NCBI GenBank assembly: GCA_002633005.1
Contig: NMRA01000449.1
Coordinates: forward strand, 186,001 to 250,000
DNA: 64,000 bases
Reading direction: 5' to 3'
From: Phoronis australis
Taxonomy: Eukaryota; Animalia; Phoronida
The position numbers and the translations under genes are program-made. Below, piece after piece: positions 1-15,600 of this stretch (position 1 is its first letter; each line of letters starts with the position of its first letter). The notes below the pieces were generated by a model that was not told where the DNA came from, did not search any database, and was given only the letters and a program-made list of their open reading frames with translations.

Positions 1-1
1 T

Positions 2-657
2 CGATCTTATTACTACAGCATATTATACAAACTCAGTAACACTACAACCACGTTCTGGAAGCAGCCTGGTTGGGAGTACGAATACTTCAGACAAACAGGA
101 TTTGTAAATGGGTTATCATGGTGTATAAATCGAACTGGCTTATATTTTGATTATTTCAAACACTATCCTAACTGGATACCGAAGATAGCGTTGAACAACA
201 CCATCGAACTGTTCGCGCCTATCGCGTTCCGATACGATGACACCCGCACGGCATTCATGCGCGAAAATAGCAATATTGGTGTTCGAAACTGGGACATAGG
301 TGTCGGATCGTGGAGGAATTATACCGACAAGGAGTACAATTCTAACCATTGGTATTCCGCTTGGCTTCCGGACAAAATGGTCGACGAAATGCTGAAGGGA
401 TCGTACACTGTTGGAATAAAACAATCCGACATTCCAGGTAAATGGAAATCTAGTGTTTACGAATCCCACACGTTCTTTGGACCTCCGTTAACGCGTCTTC
501 AAGACAACGTCAATGTTCCAGTGAAGTTCACGCTACCGTATTTCGATTGTGGTAAACGCAACAAGTGGATGGTCTCAGCTGTTGCGCCTATCGTCGATTT
601 GTTGCCGCGATATAGAACCGACGAAGAGATCAAGGAATTCGGTGAAAGTAAGCCAAC
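2..657 (+). CDS. Gene A exon (module 1 Cache-like region, 5'-truncated)
   Basis: Open frame from base 2 (RSYYYSILYKLSNTTTTFWKQPGWEY...) to the donor GTGAGT at 658; colinear with gene B 31916..32856. Confidence 0.9.
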
Positions 658-3600
658 GTGAGTATATCTACATGTTTTGTTCTGCTATCATATACTCTCA
701 CCACGTGGTCGCCGTTAGGCTCAGTGACGGAGCACTACCAAAATGAGTCGATTTAGCACTCTTTTTTACGTGTTGTTGCTTTGGATAGTCTGCTTGACGA
801 TGGAACTATTATTTTCTTTCAGTGCATGGACAGTGTTAAACGTAGTTTGCCTAGAAACGTAGCCTTCCTTATAATTAGTAATTCATGGGGCATGAATCTT
901 CCGATATCACCACCATTCTTTGGGTAGAGGTTACTGACTCTCGCTGGTTCCCTGCGTGCTTAGCCCAGCCAGCACGCAGGTATCACGCAGTGGCACGCGC
1001 TTTAGCATTGGTCGATGTAATCTTGGCAGTCATTGGTTAGCTTTACAACACCGTGAAAAAAATGGCAGACTGTGAATGATTTTAGCCTTGTCATGCAAGT
1101 GGCGTCGCAGCAACTATTTCGTTTGTGCAGTGATGTTTAATAGCCGCGTGCTTGAAGCACATACATGCACAGTAAACACATATTACGGTGTGTTATTCAT
1201 ACTGTTTAAGGACACTATCGTAAACAAAAGTCATCGACAGTAGAAAGATGCATTCCGAAAAGGCTCAATCACAATTTCTAGGCTTCACATTTCCTGAACA
1301 CAATTTTAAGCACCAGTTTGTCTGTACAACAGACCACATTTACACTTCAGTCCATCAGCCATGCCAGTTTGTTTGCGCAAAGCGCTGCCTGTTGACGAAT
1401 CGACTAGCCAATCAGAAACGCCTGTGTAAAAAAATTTACAGAGGATATTTAAGTGATACCTGCGTGCTGGCGCGGCTACCGCCCCACCTAGCGGCACGCA
1501 GGGAACCAGCGAGGTTACTGACTTCGACGGTTCCGCAGGGTTAATTGGTCAAACATCTGATTGGTTTTCGAAAACGATGACTTCAGGATTGTAGACCAAT
1601 CAGATGTCTTACACTTTTGACTCGAGAGAACCGACTGTCAATCAAGTGCAGCCAATGTGATACGACTTGTCGCCAGGTGGTGATAAAGTAGTTGATAGTC
1701 AACGTTTTGCGTACGTGAGAGTGGAAGTAAATGTAATGCTTGCTAAAAATACGGGTACTTTGCGAGCACTGACACGCCGTAAAATGTAACAATTTCAAAT
1801 GTAACAACTGTTACATTTTACGTCATTTTTACATTTTACGTTGCTAAGCCTCTCCTAAAATGTAACAAGTTGTTACATTTTATGTAGCTGTTACATTTCA
1901 CATCAAACGCATATGCAAGAAATGTACTATTGTTACATTTTACGAAATTGTTACATTTTACGGCGTATCAGAGCACCATGTCGTCAAATTGACAATTTTG
2001 TGCTGCACAGTATTCAAACGATACCCAAAAAATTATCAAAATGTTCGAAAATTAAAGAAATCGGGTTTTGCCCTTGTCAACCCTGACCAGTTGTAGGCCA
2101 AAATTAGAAACCAGGTTAAGCTAAAGATTGTTTCGTACTCTAACAAGGCTAAAAATTGTTAGTAAAATTATTTATAATAGAAAGATATATCACATTAATG
2201 GCACCGTACTGTTCCAGTTTCGTCGCCACTGCATCAATGGGAACTGACTTCCTGACGGTTGACATCAACCCGTGCCCAGCCGGGCCCGGAAATCCAACAC
2301 CGAACATTTTTGCCGGAATAGCACGCTGCAAAGAAACTACAATGGTTAGTGTTTGCTCTGGTTGCACAGCCATAAGCTCTCGCGTGGTCACTTATTACTA
2401 AAAATTTAGTTCAGGCAGCCGTTTCGTGAAAAGTTAATTAGGACTGAAATTCTCTGAATAAATGTTTACCCAAGTGATCACGAGCGCATCACACTTTAGA
2501 AATAATTCATAGAAACTATCCCAGGAACTACCTGTAGCAGTTATGTGTATGTTCACAGAGACTATGTACTTTTGCTCAGGTGAGATTTAGTTATTATTCA
2601 AAGATAGTTTTGTAGAGCGTATGACCAAGTTTCTGACTTAAGTCTTAAGTCACTTTTCATGAAACTGATCCCAGAGCTGCGTTCTGTAGACTTAAACATT
2701 CGAGAGAAAGGTTCAGGGGTCACTGGCTTCGTTTTTAATGCATGTCTTGCGCGTATCTTCCCCCATAGTGACGTCTGCGGCGGTGCCACAAGCCCAAAGC
2801 CAACTTATGGCGAATATCCATTGCTTCAGCCGATGTATTTTTGATGATATTTCACTGGAACTTTTAGAGCCTGCGTAGCTAAACAAACTCTTGACGACAC
2901 CGAACCTTTGAGTCAAGACACATATTATGCCAGTCTATAAGCGTGCCAACCTTCATTGACACATGACTGTACTTGATCGACTCGAACAGGTGGTTCCTAC
3001 TGACAAGGATCACACAATATTGTAAGAGTTGCAGATTCATGATTTTCTTAGGTTTGTGTGTGGGGTTGGGGGGGGGGGGGGGGGGGGNCGTCATCTCAGT
3101 CTGAGCGTCCGAGCATCAGCATACTAAGATGCTTTGTTTCGCCTACACTACTTGCAGGAGACGAGGTTAAAAAGATTTGTCAGACCCTTTTCTATCAAGC
3201 TGACGGTAGATGACGACGAGTTTCGCACCGATCCGACATGCGTACCGCTGTACACCTGGAGTCAATTTTAATTTTCAAAGTTTGCCTCTGTATCATTGCA
3301 TATTTAATTGATGGATGTTCATTAAACTTGGAAAATAGTTTTTGTTAAAAAATGACGACGCCTTAAATACCGTTATGAAAATTGGAAGATGTGTTCCTGA
3401 TGAACAGAGTGCGAATGACGTAAATTTTCGAAAGAGTTCCACTGTTCTGGGGCCTCTTAATGGTGATTTTGTTTGTTTTGCGTCCTCGGCTGTATTCCTT
3501 TTAACTTTTGTAAGACCTTTGTGAAAATGGTGATGTGTTTATATGAAGCTGAGTACGGTTGGTCATGAGTTTCCACCAACCAGACTACTGCTGTACACTG

Positions 3601-6600
3601 TATTGGCAACTTCATTTTTACGTTTACCACTGTATCTTTGGAAATCATAAATGAATCTCGTAGATCTTTGAAATTTTGCGTTGTTTAAGGGTTACCTGAA
3701 ATCGCGGTTGATTTTCCTGTCCCTACGCAGGTTGCCATAAGGTGCCGCCACTTTGAAAAAATGTATCTACAGCAGAGCTAGTGAATTTTTTTATTTCCAA
3801 CACTTTGGCAAATAAAAGCAAACTAGTTTTAATAAACTTCATAACAAGGCTTACTTCAAAACTGATTACCCCCAAATAATTAATTTTTAGGCAGTACACA
3901 CTGCCCGAACTGTGCAGAGCTACCTTATGCGCATCGTCTTTGAATGGCAGTTTCTACACGCAAGTTGAAGTTTGCGATAAAGCAGTCCGGCAAACAATCC
4001 AGTGGATTCTCCTCGATTTTCTCAACGCGCGTTTGATATCAGAGCATCTTTTTGCGGCCATCGCTGTTGACTCGCTCTTAACATATCACCAAAAGAAACA
4101 GTTTACATGGGAATGGTTATGGTAGTGGGTCCGCCACGGGTTGTCCATGCAGCATGAGTTCCACAGACAACCAATATTCGGTGATAAGCAGAAATGAGAA
4201 GGAGGAAATTTTGTCCCAGTGCTAACGATTAAGCAAGGTGTTGGGATGAATAATGTCATTTGTCAACAGGATGGTGCAACCTCACTTTACTCAAATGTTT
4301 TCTTTGGGATACCTCTAACGGTATTTCCCTGGAAGAAGGAAGATTCCCTGCCCTTCATCTACACCCTGCTGACAAATCATTTGAGCCTTTAATAGCATTT
4401 TTGCACTGGGAAAAATTCATGTAATCTTTATTGAGTAACGGTCGTGCCAATAGAAAAGGGTTTGGGTTATTTCTGAAATAAGTGACAAGGAGCCTATTTC
4501 TTGATACCCGTGTCCAGTTCAGGTAGACGGCACTTGAATCATGCCGTAATATTTGGAAGAAGATAGGGCTCCATTTTGTAATGTTGTATTCATGTTGGAA
4601 AAAGGTAACCTTTATTTAAATAGATGTTCTTTTTCACTTTGCTCCACAGTGTCAACCTCTGACCGGTTGGGGATTTGCACGTGGAGGTTACGAGTGTGTC
4701 TGTCGCCCGGGTTATCGATATCCCGCGTGGCAAAAGGGACCGTTCCAAGGAGCATATATTGAACTGGCGACGGAAGAGGAGTACAAAAATGGATTCGACT
4801 GCATAAAAGTTGGTTGTAAGTGAAACTGCGCCACAGAAATAAAACTTTGTAATGTGCATAGAAGTTAGCCAACTATTTATTGTTCACAGTCTGCATGATC
4901 TATTTTTGCAGTTCGTAAATTGAATGTGTCATTAGCTGGTAGTCTTAAGATAACTGCATGTATAACGATTCCTGCCGCTGTTGTTAAGCTTAATGCGTTT
5001 GAGTCAAATCTCCGCAAAACCATGAGTGAGTAAAATTATGTGTTTTTCAAAGTAGAAAACCTGCAAACCTTGTTTTCTATGCTCTCACATATTTTTATGG
5101 GAGTGCATATTGCTGTCATCTCTGTTTGGGTGTCCGGCGCCTGGCGTCCGGTGTCTGTCATCCGGCGTCAGCAACTGTCCATCCTAAACCCTCACAGGAT
5201 GAGATTTGGCAGATGTGTACTTATAAAGCTGACAACGGATGACCATGAATTTCGGACTTATCCGACTAAAAGTGTGCGTCCTAGTGGCAATTTTTTGCGT
5301 GTACCGCTGATATCTTTGGAGGTCCTCGACGGATTTTCAAAAAATGACAGTTAGGCATCTATTAGTCAGATGGCGGTATCCTCCCGTTCTCGGATAGATT
5401 CGAGGTATTTTGTGCCAAGTAGTGGTCATTTTTACTGTTTTCGATTCTGTTTTTGGCGTCCACTCCTTTTTCAACTAAACCAGAAGAAGACAGCTGACAA
5501 TGATTTTTCGAAGACCTCGAATACTGTGGCACCTCCTAGAGGCTGTATCTCCTTAACGCTCTACAGGATCTTTATCAAAATTACCAAATAAATTTATATG
5601 AAGTTGACAATGGACGACGACAACTTTTGGACGCAACGGACTACCGGTGTGTCCCCTTGGGGAAATTTTCCCCGTTTACCTCTGTCTTCTCAAAGGTCCT
5701 CAACGGATTTCCATGAAATTTGGCAGACAGGCATCAATTAGTGAGATGACGCTATCCATTCGTTTTCGGATTGATTCAAGGTATTTTGCGCACATTGGGA
5801 CCATTTTTACTGTCCGCCCCTCTTTCAACCAAGCCACTCTAAGGATGATTGTGGAAATTGGCTGTATGTTTCAACTGTGAAGTGGACGACTGGCGATGAA
5901 TTTCCTACGATCTCGACTACTGTGGCGCCTCCAAGTGACAGTTTTGTTTTATTTACGACCATGTCTGTATCTCCCTTGCATGATCTTTACTAAATTCAAC
6001 AAGTGTATATGAAGTTGACAACGGACGGCGGTGATTTTCAGACTTGATACGACGAACGCTGTGCCCCCTAGTGGCAATTTATATTTTCCGTTTTCCGTTT
6101 TGCATAAAGCATAGTATCTAAAAGTTTCCTTTGAATTCAGTCAGCCATTTTTGAGATACGATGTTCCGAACTTAGCCAAATTTGGACATTTTCTTTGGTT
6201 GTACTGACATAACTTTAGTACACCACTGTCTGAGCAATGTGCCTATTTGTTAGATATGAAAGTCGTACCATCGGTTTACGGTAACAGGACGTCATCATCT
6301 TCTGGTGTTCACGAAGGAAGAAGAAAGAAACGACGAGGTCGAGAGGCTCAGCCATCACATGATGATAAGAATCTCTTTATAAAGGAATCTCTTCACTCAT
6401 ATCTAGATCACAGCCAGGATCGTATCATGGTATAAATACGTGTTAACCGTTTTAGAGAAAATGCAATGGGAGTTATATTGTAGACTTAATCTATACCAAT
6501 GGAATGTCTATGGTAGATTACTATCCGGCGGAATAACATAAACATAGTAACAAACGGAGAAAAACCTGGGTAAAATGTGTGCAGAACTGAGAACTGATTA

Positions 6601-9600
6601 CTTAAATCTATTGAACGTTCAATTGTCAAATTTCCGACAGCATTTTTACAACATGGTATTTTTGAAACTAGAGCAGTTCGTACCGAGCATCACTTGTGAG
6701 TCATTTCAAATTCACGGTCGTCTTACTTATATCGAAATAATAGAAGGACTGTTAGTTCACTAAGCTATAAAATATATTTTTATTACGACGACTTCGTGCA
6801 CGTGAAAAATAAAAAGTAGAATGACTTATGACCAAACGAAAATACTTTATCAGTCAGAAGTTTGAAGTACAGTTAGCAGCATGGTCTAATGGTAAAGCAT
6901 TGGCTCCCTAATCCAAGGGTGTGACTATATTTACATTGTATTAGGAGCTTTGAATCAGGCCTTCACGTCCTTAGGTCAGCGGTTTGTGTTTGCGCAAAAG
7001 TGTGTTTCCGTCCTGGCCCTAGGTCATTTCTGACTGAACCTATGTTGTATTGTATGTGTTTCTATATATTTCAAGGATTCTAAAGTGCAGAACACAAATT
7101 TGGGTGAAAAACGACCATTGGAGATTACAGCAAAACATACACATGACTTCAGATTTAAACTGCGAGACCGTCGGATTAAGCAAGTCTTTGGCACCCAGCC
7201 TGACGCTGGCAAACCAGTATCTACGACTGAATTTGAAGCTATGTTGAATTCAGACGGTAACACTGTCCATTCACGCAACAGAAGATCACTTGTGAACGAA
7301 GGCTCCGTAGGTCGAATGAGTCTGATCTTCGATCACATTGAAAGGGTGCGACAATCTAAGAACTGTGCAAAGTTGCCAGTGGAAGACTTAGTCCTTCCGG
7401 GCGACGTCGGGTACGGTGCATCAAAACAGTTCAAGTACCAGGTAACTGGAATGATACTAAGTCAGCCAAGTACTTTCGTTTCCAAGGGTCACAGATCTTC
7501 TACGATCTTTTCAGATACTAATAGGAACAGAAAGTGATTACGTCACATCAGTGCTTAGCAACTACTCCAAATAGGAGACGAACAAAGCAGAATAGAGCAA
7601 TGACCTATTCTCCTGCACAACAAATTTGTTCGGCAAAATTCAACAAAAACTTAACATTTTAAAACCTGAGGCTAATGCCAAAGCATCTGTGAACATTAGC
7701 ATATTTATCACGAGTGTTCTAAAACAGAATTTAACTTATCGACTTAATATAATATTCAACCCTTGGTTAAGTGGCAAAGCTTAGGACCAATGTGGCTGAA
7801 TCTCCTGGACTACGCAAGTCGGTGACGTTACCCTTTTCGTTCCTATTGTCATCCACTCTATGAAAGCATACATTTTCGCATCCTTGGCGATTGCAGACAT
7901 GTATAATGATCAAGGAAGGTAGCGCATTTTTGCGGGTATTAGCATAAGAATAATTAGAAAAATCAATCCCAATGCTTTTTTCTCACTGTTCATAGACGGA
8001 TTTAGCGGGATCATTAACCGTTGTGACAAGGGCTCCCCTGCCAAAGAAAACAGCCGCTTGTCAGTGCTACCACGAAACAAGTAAGAGAAGACGCTCGAAG
8101 GTTTCGAACAGCAACGCTATTTAAGTGATATACAGACACAGCAAATGAATATATAAATTGCAAATAACCGGCTGGCATAATTTTGGCATTTGTTGTGTCA
8201 TTTTTGCGTTCGCTGCTATTTCCACTAAACCATTGCAAGATTTTTGTCAAATTGCGACCGCCACAAAACGATGACGATGACTTTCTGTGGAATCCTTTTT
8301 CCGTTATGCCCCCTAGTGGCAATTTTGTTCCCTGACGGAACAAATGCGTTTCTATAGAAGAAAGTAAAACTAACTAGGACATTGGGACAAATCCAACTGT
8401 TATGAGACCATCTAGTGGCATTTTCCGTTTGCCTTGATAGCTAAAAATTTCCTTGATACATGTTCATTGACTTTGGCAAATAAGTTACCATTTTGATGCA
8501 TTCACATCCGGATATGATGCATCTGGTCGTAACTCTTCCTGCATTTCCCGATATGCTTAGACAGTTTCGTAGTGAACAATAAATCAAAGTACGATCCAAG
8601 CGTACTTTTCTAAATTTTGGACTGTTCTCGATTCTTATACATCCCTGTAGCGAAATTCTCGTTTGTGCGAACCTCCCACTGCTACATTTTATAGAGACTT
8701 TTGAACAACGTACAGAAATACATTCGTATGTTTACGCAATATAAAAACATACAATGCTATATGACCGGGTGGCCAGCAGAGCCACTGGCCGCTAATAGAT
8801 GACCATAGAATAACATAAAATTAAGTAGATAACAACAAAAACATTATAGATATCAACAGAAAGCAAAAATAAAAAAATCGGAAATTCCTAACAGCGTTTT
8901 TGAGAAATATCGGCAAATTTTCACTTAAAGGTTTCATTAACATCGACTTAATGATATTTGTTGTATGAAAGTGCCTTTGCTAAAAATAAAAAATTAACTT
9001 AAAAAAGTGGCCACGTTATATAATATCAATGACAGATATTTTTATAATCCCTGATCTTTCTTCTGTCAGAAAATATGATTATTCTTTTACAAGCCTACAC
9101 AGCCTAATTTTCTGGTAATTGAATTAATGCTCCCCAATAAGTTCCTACAAAACCTAAAACGTAAACTACCACGAGGGAGCTATTCTCGCATCTAGAACAA
9201 CTGCACCCAAAACAGAGAGGCCTGAGCCAGAACGAAAAATGTTATGTACTGCAAGTTATACCAAACTCCATTATGGTTTAGCCATGTTTGTTGTCAAACT
9301 TGTCAAGGTAATGGTTTCTGTTACAGCAGCATATTGACCAATATAACTAGACTTTGTCCTGTTTGATGTTCAGGCAGGTGCTGCATTGTCACTAGCTCAC
9401 TTCCTGTCCGGCATGTACCAAAATGTAGACGACATCCTACAAACGTGGGGAGTCATTAGAGGGTCTAACTTGTTGAATCCAGAACAGCTCTATGCTGAAG
9501 TCTTATCTCAAGTGATGGCGGATCACAAAATTCGAGGGATGGGAATCTGGTTCGACGAGGACGCATACAGAGAGCCTCTGGGTACTATTAAAAGGAAAAC

Positions 9601-12600
9601 ACGGTCTCTGTTTGCACCATACGCTTTCCAAGATGGCGACCAGTACAAGGCTGTTGATCGAGCAGGTGACCCGGATGTAGGAAGTTATCTAAAAACCGAT
9701 TGGTTTAGAAAGGCGAAAATGAGGTGGATCAACGTCAACGGATTGAAAAAATATAAACTGAAGCCAAAAACAAGGTGAGCTTATTTTAGAAAACGTTTTT
9801 CATGTATAAAATGATTTCTTGCGAAACATCTCCGCCCCGTGAATAAGATATATAGTTATTGTGACTCCTGCTCTGTGTCAATGTCGCTTTTCGTGTAGTT
9901 GTGGAACCACATGGACGATTGCCAAGTAACGAACGTTACATGGGCGGCGCACCATAGGGGGATGGGGCTATAGCCCCACTTTTTTTAGTGCTGCGCCTCC
10001 CATGACGTTATTTTAAGGGATAGACGAGTCCGCCCTATGAAGCCTGTTGCTCAGCTAATGGTAAGCTCAAACTCTGGTCAATAATTTATGATTACTGCCA
10101 TATATGCACGATTTGTTGGCTGTTTTGTCAGGATATTGTCACAGTTTAACCAGCGCTTAGAAAAACAAGTAATATCAAGAAAGATGAGGACATTTCCTTT
10201 CGTCAGGCGCAACTACTATCCTATCCTGAAAGGACCAGCACCGATCTAACTTAGCCCCTACCCCCATATGCTTGTCGGTTTGTGATCAAGTTATCGAATG
10301 TCTGGCTTTGCCGAAAAAATCTCATCGCATCATGTATTTTGACTGTATTATGGTCATGTTCAAGGATTAAAAATCCACTAAAGATCGAGGTTTGATAGGT
10401 GGATCTGACGAAGTAGTCACAGTTGATAGGTGGATCGGACGAAGTAGCCACAGTGAAGTACAAGTTCGGAGATGTGTCCTGACAAATTAGCTGAACAACG
10501 CTACGCACTCCCAATTCGAAAGCGAGGACTTTTTGCGACCGAATGTAGTAAATCCACATTTACGCCTGTCCAACTGTAAGTCAGTGACGCCACTGGATGT
10601 TCGACATTATGTGAAAACCAGGATGTGGTCACCTAACACAGGCTGGTCTCTGTCCAAGAAAGGCCTAATTGTGCCCGTAACAAGATTCAGATTTGACATG
10701 TAGGCAACGAGCAAAAGCACAAGCCACTTAAAGTAATAAGCCGTAGGAGGCTTAAAACCGTTTCTGTGACTATTTTTGGGGGTTGGAGGGCAGTTTTGTA
10801 TTACAAGCCATGGTTGTATGTTATTAAAACAACATGCGACATGTGCTGATGTTTCATTTTGCACATTTCAATAAAATTCGACTTTTTAATTTGATTAATT
10901 CTTCAAATTGGACACGGGTGATAGAACATGTTTAAAAATGGACTTAGATGTTCATAAGAGGTGGTAGTGCAAATAATATTTAGGTTTCATTAAATGAAAA
11001 CACAGGGTTTTTACTTAGCCACATTACAACGAAAACTTCAGCGAGGCCACTTCCAATCAATCGATTCAATCTTTGCGTCGTTAATAAATACATGAAAATG
11101 ACTAATTAGACCATTTTGAGAAATTGGAAAACTTGTTCAAAAGGTGTTTAGCGACGGCTTGTTTGGTCTTACAGGGTCGATGTAAATGGGACCTTAAACC
11201 AAGCTATGTTGTACTTTAACACCTTGTACTGCAAAGCGCCTCTGTATTCTCAAGGGCTTTGGTCGCCTCCCTCCTTCTTATGTGACGGATACATCCATGA
11301 CTGGGTCATTAAGTACACGACACCCTTCTTTGGGCTGAATCCAACGACCTCTCAACCCGTATTCAAGTAAGTGGTGTGTTTGGATCATTTAAAGGAGTGC
11401 GAATACAGAACAGTTTTAACGATTCTACAGGATGCTAGTCAAAATCATTACCATTTTTTTCAGTCAAGAGGCCCTAGATGGGATTCCAAAATTTAACACT
11501 AGAACAAGTGCAAAAATAAATATTTAAAGCCTCTAGCGTAAAAAATACACCGATTAGAACATGTGTTTCTCATATGGGATCTGATTGACTGCAAACCCAT
11601 TACAGCACGTTTTCCATCTCAGAATGAAAGTTTTTATTAGATTATTGTATGAAACAGTTTATGATATTTGATTATTTTTGTTCTCACAAAATATCTAGTC
11701 ATCGCGTGTTCATTTCCAGGAGAACTTGCAGTCAACTTCCGGTATCATCTCGGCTACTGCTAGCGAAAGCGCCAGCATCTTGAGCGTAAGGCGCCAACAA
11801 AAGAGATTTTATAACTTTTCACGTTGATGATGTTTTTGTCATTGACGAAAGTGCTAACGAAAACTAGTGTTTAAGCCAGTATATGAACAGATGTGCCATC
11901 ACGGCATGACGGTGTCCGAAGATTCTTGACTTTTCACCTGAACATAGATGGTTAGACACGATGCGAAAGAATGTTTAAAAAAACTTGAATTCTTCCGAAC
12001 TCTTGTTTTTTCCGTGGGACGTAGCAACAGATTTTAGGAGTATTGACGTGTTTCAAAGCCAAATGAAAGGATTTGTTAGCACTCCGGATAATCTATCGGC
12101 ACATCCTAAGGCCTGAGCTGCTGATGTTGCGTTATTGTTTTATTTATCAAAGCAAAATCTGAAAACTTGCCATGACTATCAACATCGGGGACATCGTGAG
12201 CACTAGCACAACAACAGGTGTCTAATGTAAGGATCGAGGCAAACATTTTTTCGTGAATTTTACTTTTTACGGGCATATTTCAGAGTTTAAAACAGGATGA
12301 GTAATGCTATCTAAGCGCGATTAAACAATGCGATCGCGAGGGCAGTATATAAACCCAATTTTTTAGTGAAGAACTAAAACGTTTCCGTACTTGCTATTAC
12401 AATTTTACCATTTTTGTCCGTTTTGCGCATTTTTTAATCCGTTCTTTCCGTCTAAAGGGTCGTCCTTTCCATCAGAAGGCCAGCTCTACCCGTCACGTTG
12501 GATGACTTAAGCATTATTTACAGTTATGACTTTGTTCCATGATTGCAGGGGAGTTGTGACAGTAGACATGAAAATGGATAATCTAGAAATCAATCAATGT

Positions 12601-15600
12601 CCGGCGCCAGTGTGGACACCAAACGCTTTTAAAGACACTGCACGCTGTGATTATGAAACGACACATGTAAGTCTTTTAGTTCAATGAAAAAATAACTTAT
12701 AATTTTGTCTACAGTAAGGAAATTAAGTCTGTAAGGGATGTCAATTCCAACTTATCTGTCGTTTGACCAAGTAGATAAAGGCGTAGATGTGAATACTTGC
12801 GTGTGCTTCTGGCAAGACAGTCTGTTCTCCATATGTGTCACCTGATTGAATAATGTGAACTTTTGTCTTGAAAATGGTTTATAGTGAATAAACCAAAACG
12901 TCCATCAATATGTCGTTGATTACACACGCACTAATTATGCGACCACATATTTTTATGTGGACGCATTATGCTGTCATCTCTGTCCGTCCGCCGTGAGACG
13001 ACGGCATCTTCCCGTTTCCGGATGGATTCGACGTAGTTTCCGCGACCTAGTGGCCATTTTTACGGTTTTCGGGTCTGTTTTTTAGCGTCCACCCCTGTCA
13101 ACCAAACAGCTATAAGCATGATTGTGAAAATTGGCATGTATGTTCTTACTATGAAGAGGACGGTTGACAATGATTTTCCGGCGACTTCGACTACTCTGGC
13201 GCCCCCTTGTGGCAGTTTTATTTTTTGCGCCTATGGCTATGGCTATATCTCCTAAACCGTTTATAGGATCTTTACTATAAATTTAGTGAGTGCATTTATA
13301 TGATGATGACAACGGACGATGACGACGTTCGGAAAGATCTGACTACTGGTGTGCCACCTAGTTGCAATTTTATTTTTTATGTTTATCTCTGTATCTTCAA
13401 AGGTCCTCAACGTATTTTCATAAAATTTGGTGTACAGGCTTTTGTTAGTGAAGTGACGCATTCTTCCTGTTTTCAGATGGATTCGATATAGCTTGCGCCA
13501 CCTAGTGGCCATATTTACTGTTTTTGAGTCTGTGTTTTGGCGTCCACTCCTCTTTCAACTAAACTGCTTTCAGGATAATTGTGAAAATTGGCATGTATGT
13601 TTTTACTATGAAGTGGACGGGTGACGATGATTTTCTGATGACTTCGACTACTGTGGCGCTTCCTAGTGGCAGCTTCGTTTTTTGCGCCCATGGCCGTGTC
13701 TCCTAAATCTCCTAAACCGTTAGCAGGATCTTTACTAAATTTATCAAGTGTATTTATATGATGTTGACAACGGATGACGAGGATTTTCGGATGGATATGA
13801 CAACTGGTGTGCCACCTGGTGGCAATTTTAGTTTTACATTTACCTCTGTATCTTCAAAGGTCCTCAACGGATTCATTTCATAAAATTTTGAGTACTGGCA
13901 TCTATTGGTGAGATGACGCTATCCTCCCGTTTTCGGATGGAATCAAGGTTTTTTTGCGTCACCTAGTGGCCATTTTTGCTGTTTTCGAGTATATTTTTGG
14001 CGTCTTCCCCTCTGTCCATCAAATCATTCTAAGGATGGTTTTGAAATTGACGTGTTCAGTGTGAAGAGGACGGTTGACGATGACAATTTTGACTACTGTG
14101 GCGCCTTCTAGTGGTAGTTGAGTTTTATTTTGTTTTGCGCTCATAGCTGTATTTCCTAAACCCATTGTAGGATCTTTATTAAATTTAATTAGTAAGTGTA
14201 CTTATATGAAGCTAACAAGAGACAATGACGGCTGTCGGGCTTATCCAATGAACAGTGTGCCCCCTAGTGGCAATTCCATTTTATTCTGTTTTTCTTTGTT
14301 TCTCTGAAGTTCCGTGACAGATTTCTAAGAAATTTAGTGTATAGCTTTCTTTTGAAGAAGCAATGAATGTTCCCGTTTTCGGATGGATTGTACGTTTTTG
14401 CGCCATCTAGTGGCTATTTTTATGACACAAATAAACAACCCTAAAAGCACACCATTTGCGATGCATTTTTAGGCGCATTTCAACGCTCTGTGTTGCTCTT
14501 GTTTTAAAATTCGTTCTCATATTTTGGCCAAAAACAAATGTGACATGGGAATACTGTTTACAGTCCTTGGTATATCTAGCCTAGGCTAGGCAAGGTGCTT
14601 TGTCCCTCTCGGTCTCTTAGGAAATCAAAAGTACGCCCCATCCAAGCAGCAAGTCAAGCTTATTTCGTAAAGACATTGCCGGGCTAATTGAAAGTGTAAA
14701 TCTTTCTCAGAAAGTAGTGCAGCTGTAATTATTTCCAGCAGATTAGGTTTATTACATGGGGCACACCAAGCGTATGGAAATGCAATCAGGATGAGTAATG
14801 TATAATTTGTGAACGTAACTTCTAAGTCATGATTAAATAAATGAGCAATCCTTTGCTCTACGAAACTGCATGAATGTGTGAATAGTTGTTTTACTAAATA
14901 CAACCATGTGTTTCATTCAGTGCGTGCCAGTTGAAGGAATGAAGATGACAACAGGTGCCTACAGGTGTCACTGTAAACAAGGCTACGAGTATCCATTCAT
15001 TGAAAACGCTTGGTTCTTCGCTGGAAGCTTCTTGGAAGCAGAGTTCGAAAAGAAAGTAAAAGGTAGATTTAACAGGTACGATGGCAAGGCTTTTTCAGTC
15101 TAGTTTGGTTGGCCACTTGATAACATTAAACTTTAGAGGGCATGATTGCGAGCCATTATTGAGTAGATCAGTTCAAAGCCCGGAGTACCTATTTATGTGT
15201 CCACCTAATATGTGTGTTAACATGACTGCTGCCATCTCGGCGGCCGCCGCTGTAACTTCTTAGCATCTTTGCAGGAACTCAATGAGATTTGTAAGATGTT
15301 CAACTATGAAGCTGGCAGAGGATGTGGCGATGAGTTTCGTTGGGATCCCTCTCAGTATAATACCGCTGTGCAGTTTTGTTTTTTACGTGTCCTTTTCAGA
15401 TGTTCAGAAAACGACAGGCCTTTTGATTTTTAGACAGATTCGATGTGTTGTGCCCCACTCATTGGCCAACTTTATAATATTGAGCATGTGTTTCGTGTCC
15501 GCCTCTCTAATCACTACCTGAGACGGATCATTTTGAAAATTGGCAAATGTGTTCCTGACGTTGATTTTCGTACGGATCTGACAACGGTAGCGTTCCCTAG

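Noticed and set aside
3062-3088. G-quadruplex element
   Set aside because: A homopolymer G run ending in an N; its length is unreliable and likely affected by sequencing error.
6876-6925. tRNA gene
   Set aside because: Only an A-box-like 5' half (TGGTCTAATGGTAAAGC) with no T-arm or B box; at most a decayed SINE head.
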